From: Podarcis gaigeae
Lineage: Eukaryota
Direction: 5' to 3' (one strand)
Length of the DNA: 64,000 nt
NCBI GenBank assembly: GCA_964106915.2
Contig: OZ066927.1
The notes under the pieces are model-generated. The model was not told where the DNA came from. It saw only the letters and a list, made by a program, of their open reading frames with translations, and did no database searches. Shown in pieces: positions 11,984 through 24,631 of the stretch (positions are counted from its first letter, which is position 1; each line of letters opens with the position of its first letter). Made by a program: the position numbers and the translations under genes.

Positions 11984-13219
11984 CCTGAGATGCCCCTCTC
12001 CTGTAAAATACATTCTGACTGCTTCCATTCCAGCTGCAATGCACCAAAGTGTCTTGGAATTAATGGAACTGTCTTGGAACTTTTTGTTGGTATGAGGTCC
12101 TCCTCTTCTTTTTTCACCATTTTTTTTTTTAATTCCCAGACTCTGCAACTAACCCTGACTTGAGTTGTAAATCTCCTGTGTTATTCTTTCAAAAATAAAT
12201 AAATCCCCCTTGCTCTCTGCCATGTTCCTGCCTTGTGTACTTTTTGCTTCTTCCTCCTCGGACTCCTTTGGGATGGGAATTGGGGAGGAGACGATTCCCG
12301 CCCACTCAGAAAAGCTCTAAATCCTGCCTGGGAGGCTGGTGCCAAGAAAATGACACATCAAGGAAGAGGCTGCTTGGATACAGATATTCCTGGACCACAG
12401 CATTGTAAAGTCCTTGTTAAGTTACTATTGATCTCCAGCAACTTAGTCAGGATGGGGTGTGTAAGAGAGAGACTTAAATGTGGTCTCTTGGGAGCGGCTG
12501 TCAGGAACTTTTTCAGTGTTTAAGGCTGCATTCTCATGCAGGGAAGTTGTCAGCGGCCACATACTGGTGGCAGTGGGTTGGGCTAAAGCAGAAGTGGGTG
12601 GAGCCAAAGCATATGGTGGGTGGAACATTCCTTCTCTCTCTCTTTCTCTCTTTTTTTCTGAGGGCAGAGTACACTAAAGGACGGGTACAACTGCCTGCCC
12701 ACCTGTATCCTATACATAGGGATGGGGGTGGATTTTGATTCTATTTACTTTTAAAGGCAAATCACGCTAAGTCACATTTTGTGAAAGAGCATGTAAACCA
12801 AAATACGGTCATCCTTCCAAATTTTCACTTCTCCAAATTATGCAAGGCAGCTGTCCAACAAAATAATGTGCACAAAAAATGTAGACATTGGTTAAAATGT
12901 GTCTAGAAATGCATGTATGGGTGAAAATAACATACAGAAATGGGGAACATACAGAAACATACATTATATTGGGGAAAATGCCTTGTAAAAATATGTAGGT
13001 TGGGCAAAATTGCATTAAACATGACCATGTTAGGGGAAATTTGCAGTAAAATGCTGTCACATTCCCTGCATTTTGGACACCATAATCTTGCATGATTTTG
13101 TGCCAAGATCATGCCCTGAAAAGTGCTTTGGGGGGCATAATCGTATGGCACCCCAAAATGTGTGTTTTTGGGTGCCATGCAAACAAGGCCCTAAAAAAAA
13201 ACAACTTCTGGGCTTTGAT

Positions 13220-13916
13220 NNNNNNNNNNNNNNNNNNNNNNNNNNNNNNNNNNNNNNNNNNNNNNNNNNNNNNNNNNNNNNNNNNNNNNNNNNNNNNNNN
13301 NNNNNNNNNNNNNNNNNNNNNNNNNNNNNNNNNNNNNNNNNNNNNNNNNNNNNNNNNNNNNNNNNNNNNNNNNNNNNNNNNNNNNNNNNNNNNNNNNNNN
13401 NNNNNNNNNNNNNNNNNNNNNNNNNNNNNNNNNNNNNNNNNNNNNNNNNNNNNNNNNNNNNNNNNNNNNNNNNNNNNNNNNNNNNNNNNNNNNNNNNNNN
13501 NNNNNNNNNNNNNNNNNNNNNNNNNNNNNNNNNNNNNNNNNNNNNNNNNNNNNNNNNNNNNNNNNNNNNNNNNNNNNNNNNNNNNNNNNNNNNNNNNNNN
13601 NNNNNNNNNNNNNNNNNNNNNNNNNNNNNNNNNNNNNNNNNNNNNNNNNNNNNNNNNNNNNNNNNNNNNNNNNNNNNNNNNNNNNNNNNNNNNNNNNNNN
13701 NNNNNNNNNNNNNNNNNNNNNNNNNNNNNNNNNNNNNNNNNNNNNNNNNNNNNNNNNNNNNNNNNNNNNNNNNNNNNNNNNNNNNNNNNNNNNNNNNNNN
13801 NNNNNNNNNNNNNNNNNNNNNNNNNNNNNNNNNNNNNNNNNNNNNNNNNNNNNNNNNNNNNNNNNNNNNNNNNNNNNNNNNNNNNNNNNNNNNNNNNNNN
13901 NNNNNNNNNNNNNNNN
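13220..13916. other. Assembly gap (697 N)
   Basis: Run of N. Confidence 1.
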
Positions 13917-14395
13917 CAGGTCATGAAGTCCAGGTTTTCCTCTTGCTTCTTACCCCCATCCCTTGTGCCTTTCTCCCTCTGGGATGGAGGCTGGCATTAT
14001 GCTTCTCCTGTTGCTCATTCACAGTGTAAAGGCATTTCCAGAGACCCTGTTTATGGAGCATTCATCCTGATTTTTTTTACAGAGATATTAGATGATGTCA
14101 GGTATTTAATGAGCTTTCATTCTGAAATATATGCAGGGAGTTTAGATGCTGCTGCACCAAGCAAGATGTATCCCAGTGCACTTTCCAGTGCATGTCCCCA
14201 TTATTTACTGCAAAAGTCCAATGTTTGGGGGGAAATAGATTTTGTTGTGTGAAAAGGCCCCAGTGCCGTACACTAAGATAGATCACTGGTATATCCTGCT
14301 CAGCCTTGGGCATTCTGGGAAGGCACAGGGTCAGCACTTCTGAGCTGAGCAGTTTCCTACTTTAGACCTCTGTTGAATCTCAGCATCCAGAGCAT

Positions 14396-14554
14396 NNNNN
14401 NNNNNNNNNNNNNNNNNNNNNNNNNNNNNNNNNNNNNNNNNNNNNNNNNNNNNNNNNNNNNNNNNNNNNNNNNNNNNNNNNNNNNNNNNNNNNNNNNNNN
14501 NNNNNNNNNNNNNNNNNNNNNNNNNNNNNNNNNNNNNNNNNNNNNNNNNNNNNN
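14396..14554. other. Assembly gap (159 N)
   Basis: Run of N. Confidence 1.
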
Positions 14555-16640
14555 AAAGAAATAATTCTCTTTCCTTCTCCGCAAAGTGCAAACACACCGT
14601 ATGTCCACAATGGGGCCATAATGGCCTAATTCAATTATTGAGGGTCACGTTCCATGTACTGCTGTCTGATTTTCTTGTCAATCAATACAAACTTCATTTT
14701 AAAAAGCAAGCAAGTGTTGGGGAATATAGGGGAGAGGGGGGAGATGTTGGGAAAGGTTGAAGCCCAGCAGTTATGTAAGGTCTACAGGACTTGTCTTTTG
14801 CTATTTGTAGCAAGTTGTTCCCCCTCCTGCTGAAGTTATGTGGAACACCTGGAAACAAGACAGTCTTGGTGCAAATGGTAAACTGAAGACTAGTAAGAAT
14901 CATAGATCCCACTGTATTATTTTAATCAGGGCAGGTGTCTCTTGAAAATAAATTGGGTTTTTGATACTGGATTATCAAAAAGTCCTCCTGTAGTGTTGAG
15001 GCGACTGCAGATTGCTACAGAAGGGTTGCATGGGCCAGGACATCAGGCAGCAAGGAGAGGCAGGAGGAAGAGGCAGGTATCAGATAGGATAACCCAACAA
15101 AAAGTATACCTAGCCTCCAGCTGCATCTTTCTAGGAGAAGGTAGCAGCCTAACTTGCACCATCATTGAAGCAACAACTCACATGCAACAGCTGTTGCATG
15201 GAGGCACTGATCCTATGCGGTGCAGGGTGTTGCTTCGCAAGCGGATTTCCCAAGAGGAGAGCCACTTACGAATCAGCACCCTGCAATACTGAAACATCCT
15301 TGCAGCAGCTGTTTAATCCTGTAGAGTACAGGATGCTCCTCACCAGTGGCTTCCCAGTAGAGGAGCCACTTGCAAAGGAGCACCCCACAGAATTCATCCC
15401 TCTGCTCTCAGATGGGAAGTGGGGAAGGCGACACAGCATCGTCTTCCCATGCTCTCTCACGACCATATGTTTCATTGGTTTTCCTATTTTAAAAAATAAC
15501 TAATTAAACTTTAGCCCCACTAATTCAGGACTGGTTCCAGGGGAGGTTGGTTCAGTGTGGATTGGCCTAATTGCCTCCCTCCTGGATCGGGGCCATGGGG
15601 CAGATCGGGTGGAGGCTATGTGCTGCCCTGCAGGGAAAGTATAAAGCTGCCTTATCTTGAGTCTGACCGTGGATCTTTCTGGCCCCAAACTGTCTCTTCT
15701 GACTGGTGCTCCAAAATTCCAGACAAAATCGCTTTCCAAGCTTCACTTCCTGACATATTTTTTTTGGCTGAAGATGCCAGGCTTGAACTTGGGGCCTTCT
15801 CTGTGTGGAACATGTGCTCTGTACCACAAAGCACCAAGAACTCTTCAGATGGAACACAGACTGCTTGGGGAGGTGCTTTATACCAACCTTTATCAACCCT
15901 GTTCTCCATCAGATGTTTTGGACCACGACTTCCATCAGCCCCAGTCAGCACAGCTGGCGGTCCAAAACATCTGATGGAGAACAAGGTTGGCAACTTCCTG
16001 CCCCATGGTAGAACAGCTCATTTTCCATTCACGTTCCCTGCCTGAATACAGGCCCTGAATCAAGAGGAAGGTTCAGGCATCTTGAAATTGTTTCAGAACA
16101 AGGTTAGCCCCCACCCCACATCCTCATATGGAAACCAGCTAAGTGCAAAGATCAATGTATTCACTGCTGAACATTTCCTGGAGAAACATTGCATCCTCCC
16201 TCATTTACTTGATTATCTTGAGGGTTAATCAATCAAAGGAATGGCAATGCATGTTGCACAGGCTACAACCCTGTGGGTGTCCATTAGAGGGCTATCTGCC
16301 CAGTGATAATGGAACTGCTGATTAACAAGCATGCAGCGCTGTGGCTTGGGCATTTATTTGTTTCAAGGAGAAGAACTGCTGCTTGATGACAGTCCAGCAT
16401 TTAGCAGCTGGTTTGTTAGCATCCTGCTGTCCTGAATGCTTCACATAACTCACTCAGATGGTGCCGACTTTGTTGGTCCATCCATCCATCTCCTGACTTT
16501 CTTGCAAAAGACAACGGTCTGGGAATTTGGTTGAGAACTTGATCTAATTTGGGAGACAGAGAGAGAAAGTTTTCTTGCATTTGTTGCTGAGGCCTGGAAC
16601 TGCTACAGCCACTGTGATGCTCTCTAGAAGTAGTGGGAGC

Positions 16641-16953
16641 ATTGTTAAATTGTGGAACTTGCTCACACAGGAGGTCTTGATGGCCGCCAACTTGGATGGC
16701 TTTAAAGGAGGAGTAGATAAATTCATGGAGGAGAAAGCTGCAGCCATGATGGTGATGCTCCGCCTCCACAGTCCGAGGCAATGTGCTTCTTCTGAATGTA
16801 CCGGTTGTTGGAATCCTCAGGAGGGGAGAATGCTCTTGTGTTTGGGCCTCACTTGCTGTTTTCCAACAGGCATCTGATTGGCCACTGTGACAACAGGATG
16901 TTGGACCAGATGGGCCATTGGCCTGATTTAGCAGGCTCTTCTTGTGCTTTTAT
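16641..16953 (+). mobile_element. CR1/L3 LINE 3' end
   Basis: IVKLWNLLTQEVLMAANLDGFKGGVDKFME is the CR1 ORF2 end, followed by the shared 3' UTR. Shorter + copies near 3255-3415, 3715-3807, 19490-19683 and 53780-53945. Confidence 0.8.
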
Positions 16954-19900
16954 GAACAACAGTTCCCATCAGCCTCTTCAAGAATGGCCAGTAGTTAGGG
17001 GTGGTGGGAGCTATAGTACAAAGCATCTCAAGAGCTCCCCATTGGCTGTTCCTGAAATAGTGGGTCTGTTGACTAGGCAATGACAGAAATTTATCTTCAG
17101 GTATATTTATATGAGACTGCATTGTTTGCCAATTATATTATTAATTGAATGAATGAATAAATGAATCAGCTGTCCTTCACTAGCAGGTCCCAAGAGTACA
17201 GCAATTTATAATTTAAAAATTCAGAATAAACCAGATTACAATCACACGTCTCAGGTGTCAAAGGCCAGGGTAAAAGGCGCACCTTCAGCATTTGCCAAAA
17301 GCTGTACACTCCATGTTATTTCCACAAATATATGCATTTCATGCACACTTTGCCCTAGCATATGCATTTTTGTACACATTATTGGCATTGCAGAATTCAG
17401 ATAAGTGCACATTTTGAAGGACGTCTATGTTTTGGTAAACATACTGTTTTGGAAAATGCAAATTGGGGTGAACTAAATCACACACACCCCAACTCTCCAT
17501 TCCCAAACTAATCTTCATGGATCAACTGGAAGGAGACTATGAGACTGTGGAGTTTGTGAGAGTGTGGAGTACCCACACCCACCACTGACATGTGGACCCC
17601 AGAGGCTTGATGAAAAGTGAATGTTAATGCCCTCCCCTTGTAAAAATTCCCATAATGTCTGAACATAGCTGTTCTTTGGCTGCCTTCCTCTGTATTATTT
17701 GATATCCAGTCCATCCTGGCTTTTGTAAATGTCTTGGCTAGACATGAAATTCTCTCGTATTCTCCCTGGACATTTATGCTGGGTGGCCCATATGTGTGGG
17801 TAAAGGAGTTCTCCCCTTCCGTGACCTCCTGCACACCCCTGGCTTGGGTCTAGTGAAAAGCATGATGGATTGGCCTGACATCCTTGGCAGAGTTTCTTGG
17901 CCCTGTGATGGGAGGTCTCGGCACACTGTGGGAAGATATACTCCTTTTGCTCCCGCAGAAGAACATGTCAGGGTCGCAGTGACCGACAAGAAGCTACCAA
18001 CTTGGCACTGCTGCAGTTCAGCTTATTATGGGTCTTGATTAAGCCTCCCTCCTGGAAATGATTCCTCATCTCCCCACCTCCCCTCTTGCTCTAGTAAATG
18101 CTTCCCCTCCCTCACTTTTGTTCTGGGTCTTTACACAGGGCAGTGGTTGGGGGAGTGATGGAGATATTTAGGATCTATGTCCTTTCCAATCTATCAGACC
18201 ACAGCAGTTAGCACTTTGGAATCATTCCATTCCATTAAAGTGTGCCAGAAAAAACAGACGTGTGATCCCAGCTAATAGAGGAATGTCTCGTATTTAACAG
18301 GGAAACAGCAGGGTTCTGATAGGTGGAGGAAAGGGCTCCTGTGGAAAGTTTAATGATTCCAACAGTAAAGATCCCATGATCGTAATATGGAAATCTCAGA
18401 GGGGTGGGGGCGGAATTGGATTGACTTCTTTTTTTATTTGCTTGTCATTCCTATTCATTCATGGCCACCCCATAACCAAGGTCCTTAAGCAATGAAAGTC
18501 AGTGGTAAATTCACATTTGTCAAACAGAAGCTGCGTACACACTGCATTTTACTTTAGAATCAATGGAGACTGAGTACTTGTTTGTTTATTTGTTTTCCCA
18601 TCATGCTTTTCACTGTGTAGCCCATGCACAGTCTAGAGAAATCACATATTTTTTTGCCTCTGAAAAGTGCTTCTTCATTCTGAAAATAAGAAGCTCAATG
18701 CAGGTTGATTCTGCATTATCCTGCAGTGTGTCCATTTTAAAGCAGATGTGGGTGTCCTGGCAATGGGGTGGAATGGAGTCCATACCTGTCCAATGATGTT
18801 GTGGGTGGACTCATATCAAGATCACAGTCACCACTTACTTGTTCATTCACCTGGGGCTTGGGAAAAGGTGTGGATGACCTAAACAAAGGGAGGGTTTTGA
18901 AACGTGTCTCGAGTAACCATGCCTACCCTTTTGGATCGCAGGATCTAGAATCAATCTATATTGAAAGCAGCATATTGAGGATAAGCACGAACAATTCCAG
19001 ATTGAGGAAAAACTACCTATTTGTGCTGCAAATGAGCTAATGTGGACACAGAGTCTCTGGGGCTCATTCACACATGACTGCGTCTCTATGGCTGACTGCA
19101 GCATCAAATGATAACTGCATGTGTGAAATAAGCAGTTTTTGGTCCAACAGCTCTAAGCAGACCTTCCATGGCACTTCAGACTTGGGTTTTGGAATAACAG
19201 TCAGGCACACATTTACTGTGGATACATTTCAGTAGCCAGTGGAATTATATTGTTATAAGAATCCTGTGACAGTAGAATGGGTAGCACCACTTTATCAGCC
19301 ATTAAGTGTCTATGTGTGCTGGGTTTTTAAAAACAGGCGGAAAAGTAGTAGCACAGCAGGAAACCAGATGGACTAGAACTCTTGTGTGCTTTTCTCTCTC
19401 CCACTGTTGTCTAGTTACAGGAAGTTATTACATTGGAGAGCATACCAAAATGGCTGCCCACCACCTACAATCTGAAGCAGTATGGTGGCTAAGCTCTACC
19501 TCCACTGTCGGAGGCTGTATGCTTCTGAATGCCAGTGGCTGGTGAGCATAAATGGGGAGAGAGCTGCTGTTCTCAGGTCCTGCTTTCAGGCTTCCCATTG
19601 GCATCTGGTTGCTCACTGTGAGAATACGATGCTGGACTAGATGGACAATTGCTCTGATCCAGCAGGGTCTTCTTATATTCTCACAGTCTAATTAACCACA
19701 CTAAAATTCTACCACCCAGATGAACAGCAGATTTGAGAGACCCTTGGCAAATTAATGTCCTGTGGATCTGTAATGCTGTGCTCCAGGAATGGTGTGGGGT
19801 GTGTGTTTGTGACCTTGATGACAACTGCAACTAGAGGTAGCAGCTATTCCTACTTTTCTCTTTCCTGAAGTCTTTGAGGTAAACCTAACCTCTCTGGCAA

Positions 19901-22900
19901 TGAAGCGGTGCCATAACTGACAGCAGTCACAAAACATGGGAGATGCCATGTTTAGGGGCACCCATCTCCCAATGCCCTGGATGTTGAGTTGGTGGCAGTG
20001 ATTCACACTGCTTAACACCCTCCTCAAGTGATTTTACCTGGTTGTAATGTGTCTTGGAACTCACATAATGCCACTTGCTTGTCTAGATGAAGGATAGAGG
20101 GGTGTGTGTGTGTAGAAACTAGCCTACTATTTTGGTTTGTTGTTGTTTTTAAACTAGGGTACCATTGGTATGTGAGCCCCAGAAAGTGGTTCAGAAGAGA
20201 ATATGGCCCTGGGGGTCAAAACAGTTCCCCACCCCTGCTCTATAAAGTGAGATGAAGTGTCTCTTTCTTTGCATTTAAGAATGGAGAGATGGAAATCCAG
20301 AAAGGAAAAGTGGGAGCAGGGGCAGAGAAGGCAGGGGGAAGAGGTGTTAGGACTGTTGAGAAGGTTAGCAGCTAGGGCCAAGGGGCATAGTGATCTCTCT
20401 GTGACAAGCAGCATCATTTCACCTGTCCTTCCAGCCTCCCCCTTCCAGCCACTGCTTTCCTGTTGTTTAAGATTTACTTCATGATGTGTAGACCAACCTC
20501 AACCCAACCTCAGTCCTTTGTCTCCATCAGCAGTCGTCAAAGCCTTCCATATTCATGCTTCTCCTCTGTTTCATGATTGCCGAGAATGTCGTCTCCAGCA
20601 ACTGGCAAAGAGGGAAAGGAAGAAACCCTCTCCTTGCCCAACATGCTTGGACATTTTCATAATTTTCATTATGGTTTGGATAGCTTTGGGCCTTCAGGTA
20701 TGGTGTGGACTTTTCCTTCCATTTCCCCCTTTTGGAAAAAAAAAATCCTTGTTAATTTTAAACAACACAACAATACATGGACAGCTTTGTTTTCAACGAA
20801 GTTTAGCAAAATCAAGACCCAAACTAGTTGTATTGTTGGGAGGCCCATCCCCTTTTGGGTTATGCTTTTTTTAAGGTTATATGTGGCCATGTGGGAAGAT
20901 ATATCAATTCCGAACAGAAATGCAGTATTCACTAAGGTTTCCTGAACCAAATCATCCTCAATTTGAATCCCTACCCTTCTTTGGCCCTAATCTGAGTTAG
21001 CAACCCTACAGTTTCATGTACACCTCTTTAAAAACACAGGAGATCTGGGAAAAGATTCCCTTACCAGCTTCTCTAGCTGTGACTCCTGGAAACATTTAGA
21101 TTTCTGAGTGCCAGCTAAGTAGGCAGTGGGGGAACATTCACTTATACCAAACTCCAGCTTATTGGTAACATTGCTGATCTCACATATGATGAAAAATGAT
21201 TTGAGCCAAGCAAGAGCCATCTTGGTTTCTGATCCATACGAAGCAAAACTGGGTAAGAAGATTTGTGAGGAATCTGTAAGGGGAAGCGTAAGAGCATTTT
21301 CACACATGGTACTAGAATTACCTTTCAGCCTCCTGCTTTCATTGTGCACATTTGCAAATGATCTTTAATATAGGGGGTAGGGGAAAGTTTAGGATGTGAA
21401 CACATTATTATCAATTTATGAAATGTAGAGACCACGTTTTGTTGCAAAGCAATCAAAGGACAATTTCCAGGGGCTTCTAACATATGCTGAATGAAAATAA
21501 AAGATCCTTGCTGCATTGGACTAAGGGTCAAATTACACATTATCCTTATTGCATACTGTGCAGCGACATAATCTGTTTTTCTGTAATTGATTAAAGGTGC
21601 AGGGAGATTGTTACCCTGATTACAAAGTGTAATTCCCCTTCACGTGAGAACCAATAAGATTTTATTTTTTTTACTAAGCCCCATATCCACCTTTCGAGGG
21701 AGGTGTCTTTCTTAAGTATGTCCCAACACTTGAGATTCAGAGGTACACTGCCTTTGGATATAGAAGTTTGATTTGGCTGTCATGAGAAATAGCCATTGGT
21801 CAACCCTCTAGAGAATTTCTCTAATTCTTTTTGAAGCCTTCTAACCCATTGGTCATTACCGTAGGCCATATTGTTATATATGCTTTGTGTGAACAAGCTC
21901 CTCCTTTTGTCTGCTCTGAACCTATTGCCAATTGACAAGCAACCCCAGAGCTCTGCTGTTACAAGAGGGGGAGAAAAATGTCCTCTGCCAGAACTCTTTA
22001 GGCAATATAATTTTTACATTTGTGTTACAGGTGCAGGAATTGTAAAAGGCCACCGAAGTCTCATGTGTGAAAATGCTCAAATAATAGTCAGGAAAAATTC
22101 TGCAGATTATGATGTTGGCAGGGTATTGTTAGCCCGTTAAAAAATGATTGACTAATGTTTGGGCAGATCTCTCCCAACAGTGAAGGTGAAGCAGGATCAT
22201 CTCAGCCCTCAATTCATCCTCCTAAGAGGTACAAGCACCCCAATGCAAAGGCCAAATTACTTGCCACCAAATATGGATCAATAGGATCATAGGAAGCTGC
22301 TTCACACTGAGTCTGACCCACAGGTCCTTCAAACTCAGTACTGTCTGCTCTGACTGGCAATGGCTCTCCAGGGTTTCAAACAGGGGTCTCTCCAAGCCCT
22401 AACTGGAGATGCCTGGAACTGATCCTGGGAACTTCTGCATTACAAGAATGCTCTACAACCCTTTCCCAATCAAGCTTACCTGTTCTTTCAGAAGTCAGCA
22501 GTGTCTGCCATAAGCATCAGAATTTTTTTCTACCTGCTCCCCATCTAACTGGGTATGGGACCTTGGGCCTTCCAGATGTTGCTCCCATCATCCCATCCCA
22601 TGCTTAATGGGAGTTGTAGTTCAGCAACATCTGGAGGGCTAATGGTTCCCCTCACCTGCCTTATCCCAAGCAGACTTTGGTGCAGGGAAAGATGGGACCA
22701 CCCTACCCATTCTGGGATTACTTCCAACATTTCAAATAGGTTCAGACAGGTACATGAGCTTTATGTCATTTGAGAAAGGAATTTATAGTACGGAAGAGGG
22801 TAGTGGACCAAGTGAGACAGCTGCTGTTCTAGGGATATAGCAGCAAGCCATGAAACATAAAATGTTGTTTGTTTTAACCTGGAGCTGCATTTTCAATTTA

Positions 22901-24057
22901 GATGTCCATTATAGGTGCTGTAAAAGTTAGCTAACTTTTACAGTCATTTTATATTGCTCTCCAATTACTGAAACATTCAGAATTCAGAAACCCATAACAC
23001 TCTAGCAAAATTAAGAGCAAGTTCACCAACAAAGAGAGTAATTTGCCAGTCACCTACCTATAGTGCGTAGGTGACCTCTAGGACATGACCTTTCCAATGT
23101 TGCTTGGCTGCCTTTTCCATCATCTCTGAATATTGGCTGTGCTGCTTGGGGCTGATGGGAGTTGAGTCCAGCAACATCTCCATCCCAGCAACTCCAGTTG
23201 ACATAAACCAGAGACACCTGTAGACTGTTTAAGTGTGCACTCTATTTTGTAAGTAGATGAAATTAGAGGTTATGATCTGAGAAAATGAAAGTTTCATAGC
23301 ATACAGGTGAAACAAATGACAGGCACATCTGTAGACTTATTTACAAGGCTAGGCTTGGTCACATAAAGTAGCTCCTTTGTAAGCCTGGTGGGGACATTTC
23401 CAGATTATTACCAATAGTGCAATACATATTGCTTATTTACATAGCAATTGTTCCCACTCAAAGTGTGGAAAAGATTACTCAAAAAGTCACCACATATTGC
23501 CGTGTTAAATTTTATGACTGCAGGCATGTTGGGAACCTGCAAGCAGTCCACATCATGTCTACAGAAGGGGTGAATTAGATCACTGCATGGGCCCATCCTC
23601 AAGGATTTGGGGTCTCTCTGAGCGAGTTGTCAGGTTGCCCTCTGAGAACACGATTCTGTACCCCCACTGACCAAATGTGATCACATAGATGGTTGCTCTT
23701 GTAGGCCACCGTGGAGCAAAGGGAAGCAATGAAAGCTCAGGGGCATTCAGGTCATTTAATAAGAAATAAATTAACTAAGGAAGGTGGTGTTAAACAGAGA
23801 TGTCCCACTGAATAAGTGTCGTGGTGCTGCTTACCCAAGGCTGGTTTCTGAGCCCAGTTGAAAGCTATCCCTTACCCCAACCCCTGGGAACAGGATGGTG
23901 CATATGTGTAAATAAATATGGCACCACCACTTTGCTGAAATTAAGCAGGTCTAGGATGAGTCCTTGCTCAGCTGGAAAACACCCAGGGAATCCTATACAC
24001 ACCATCTTGAGTTCCATGTTGGAAGAAAGGCAGGTTTAAAGTGAAAGTGTGGCAGGA

Positions 24058-24172
24058 GGGTTGTATCCAATTATGTTTTGCTCAGAGTAGACTGGTTGAA
24101 ATTAATAGGAATGGTTAACTTTGGTCCATTATAATGGGTCTGCCTTGAGTAAAATTTTGTTGGATGCAACCC
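24058..24172. mobile_element. Short palindromic MITE
   Basis: TIR GGGTTGTATCCAA / TTGGATGCAACCC. Relatives at about 10015-10130 and 40350-40450. Confidence 0.65.
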
Positions 24173-24396
24173 AGAGAAATGGAATGTAAAGAAGGCAAGC
24201 CTCTTATCTGCCTTCTCTAATTCAGAATGTGCCATGCTCAATGCAGCTTTTAATTTTAATCTGATAGGAGGGGGAAGGTAGCAGTTTACGAGACAACGTG
24301 GATGTACCCCAACTGCAGCCAGGTGGCTACTTTTATTCCTTTTAGTTCTTTTGAAAACAATTACATGTATGTCACTATCTCTCTGTTCTTTTCTAG

Positions 24397-24509
24397 TTTG
24401 GATCTTTATTTTGTGGGATTGCTTTATTTTTTTCCCCCTTTCCCCCCTCTCTTCTCTGTGTTTTCTTTCCTCCCCCCTTTGTCTCCCATTCCCCCTTTCC
24501 CTGCTTTAG
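24397..24509 (+). promoter_or_regulatory. Extended polypyrimidine tract / 3' splice site of the T1 exon
   Basis: 111 nt (24397-24507) with no AG, very C/T-rich, ending in CTTTAG|G. Confidence 0.85.
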
Positions 24510-24631
24510 GTTTCAGAGAAATTATGTTGAATCCAATAACCCTTCCTGGACATTCTAATCCTCTTAACCATCATGGCATTTATGTTGAGGATGTCAGTGT
24601 TTATTTCAGCAAAGGACGTCATGGCTTTTAA
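24510..24631 (+). CDS. NTRK3: NTRK3 (TrkC) alternative terminal exon of the truncated, kinase-less isoform TrkC.T1/NC2 (the mammalian '14b' exon)
   Basis: The translation (x)GT-TTC-AGA... = FREIMLNPITLPGHSNPLNHHGIYVEDVSVYFSKGRHGF* matches from memory the TrkC.T1 C-terminus (FREIMLNPISLPGHSKPLNHGIYVEDVNVYFSKGRHGF). It is preceded by a long polypyrimidine tract and TTTAG acceptor (AG 24508-24509), phase 1; stop TAA 24629-24631. The upstream part of ORF 24302-24631 is intronic pyrimidine tract. Confidence 0.95.

Noticed and set aside
13073-14619. Long ORFs (271-386 aa and shorter)
   Set aside because: Artefacts of reading through N gaps.
15263-15290. Minus-strand GTAAGT donor with tiny exon
   Set aside because: Antisense to NTRK3 and lacks a pyrimidine tract.
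23800-23860. TTACCCAAGG match to the mammalian extra T1 exon
   Set aside because: Only a 10-nt match, with no protein-level similarity or acceptor site.
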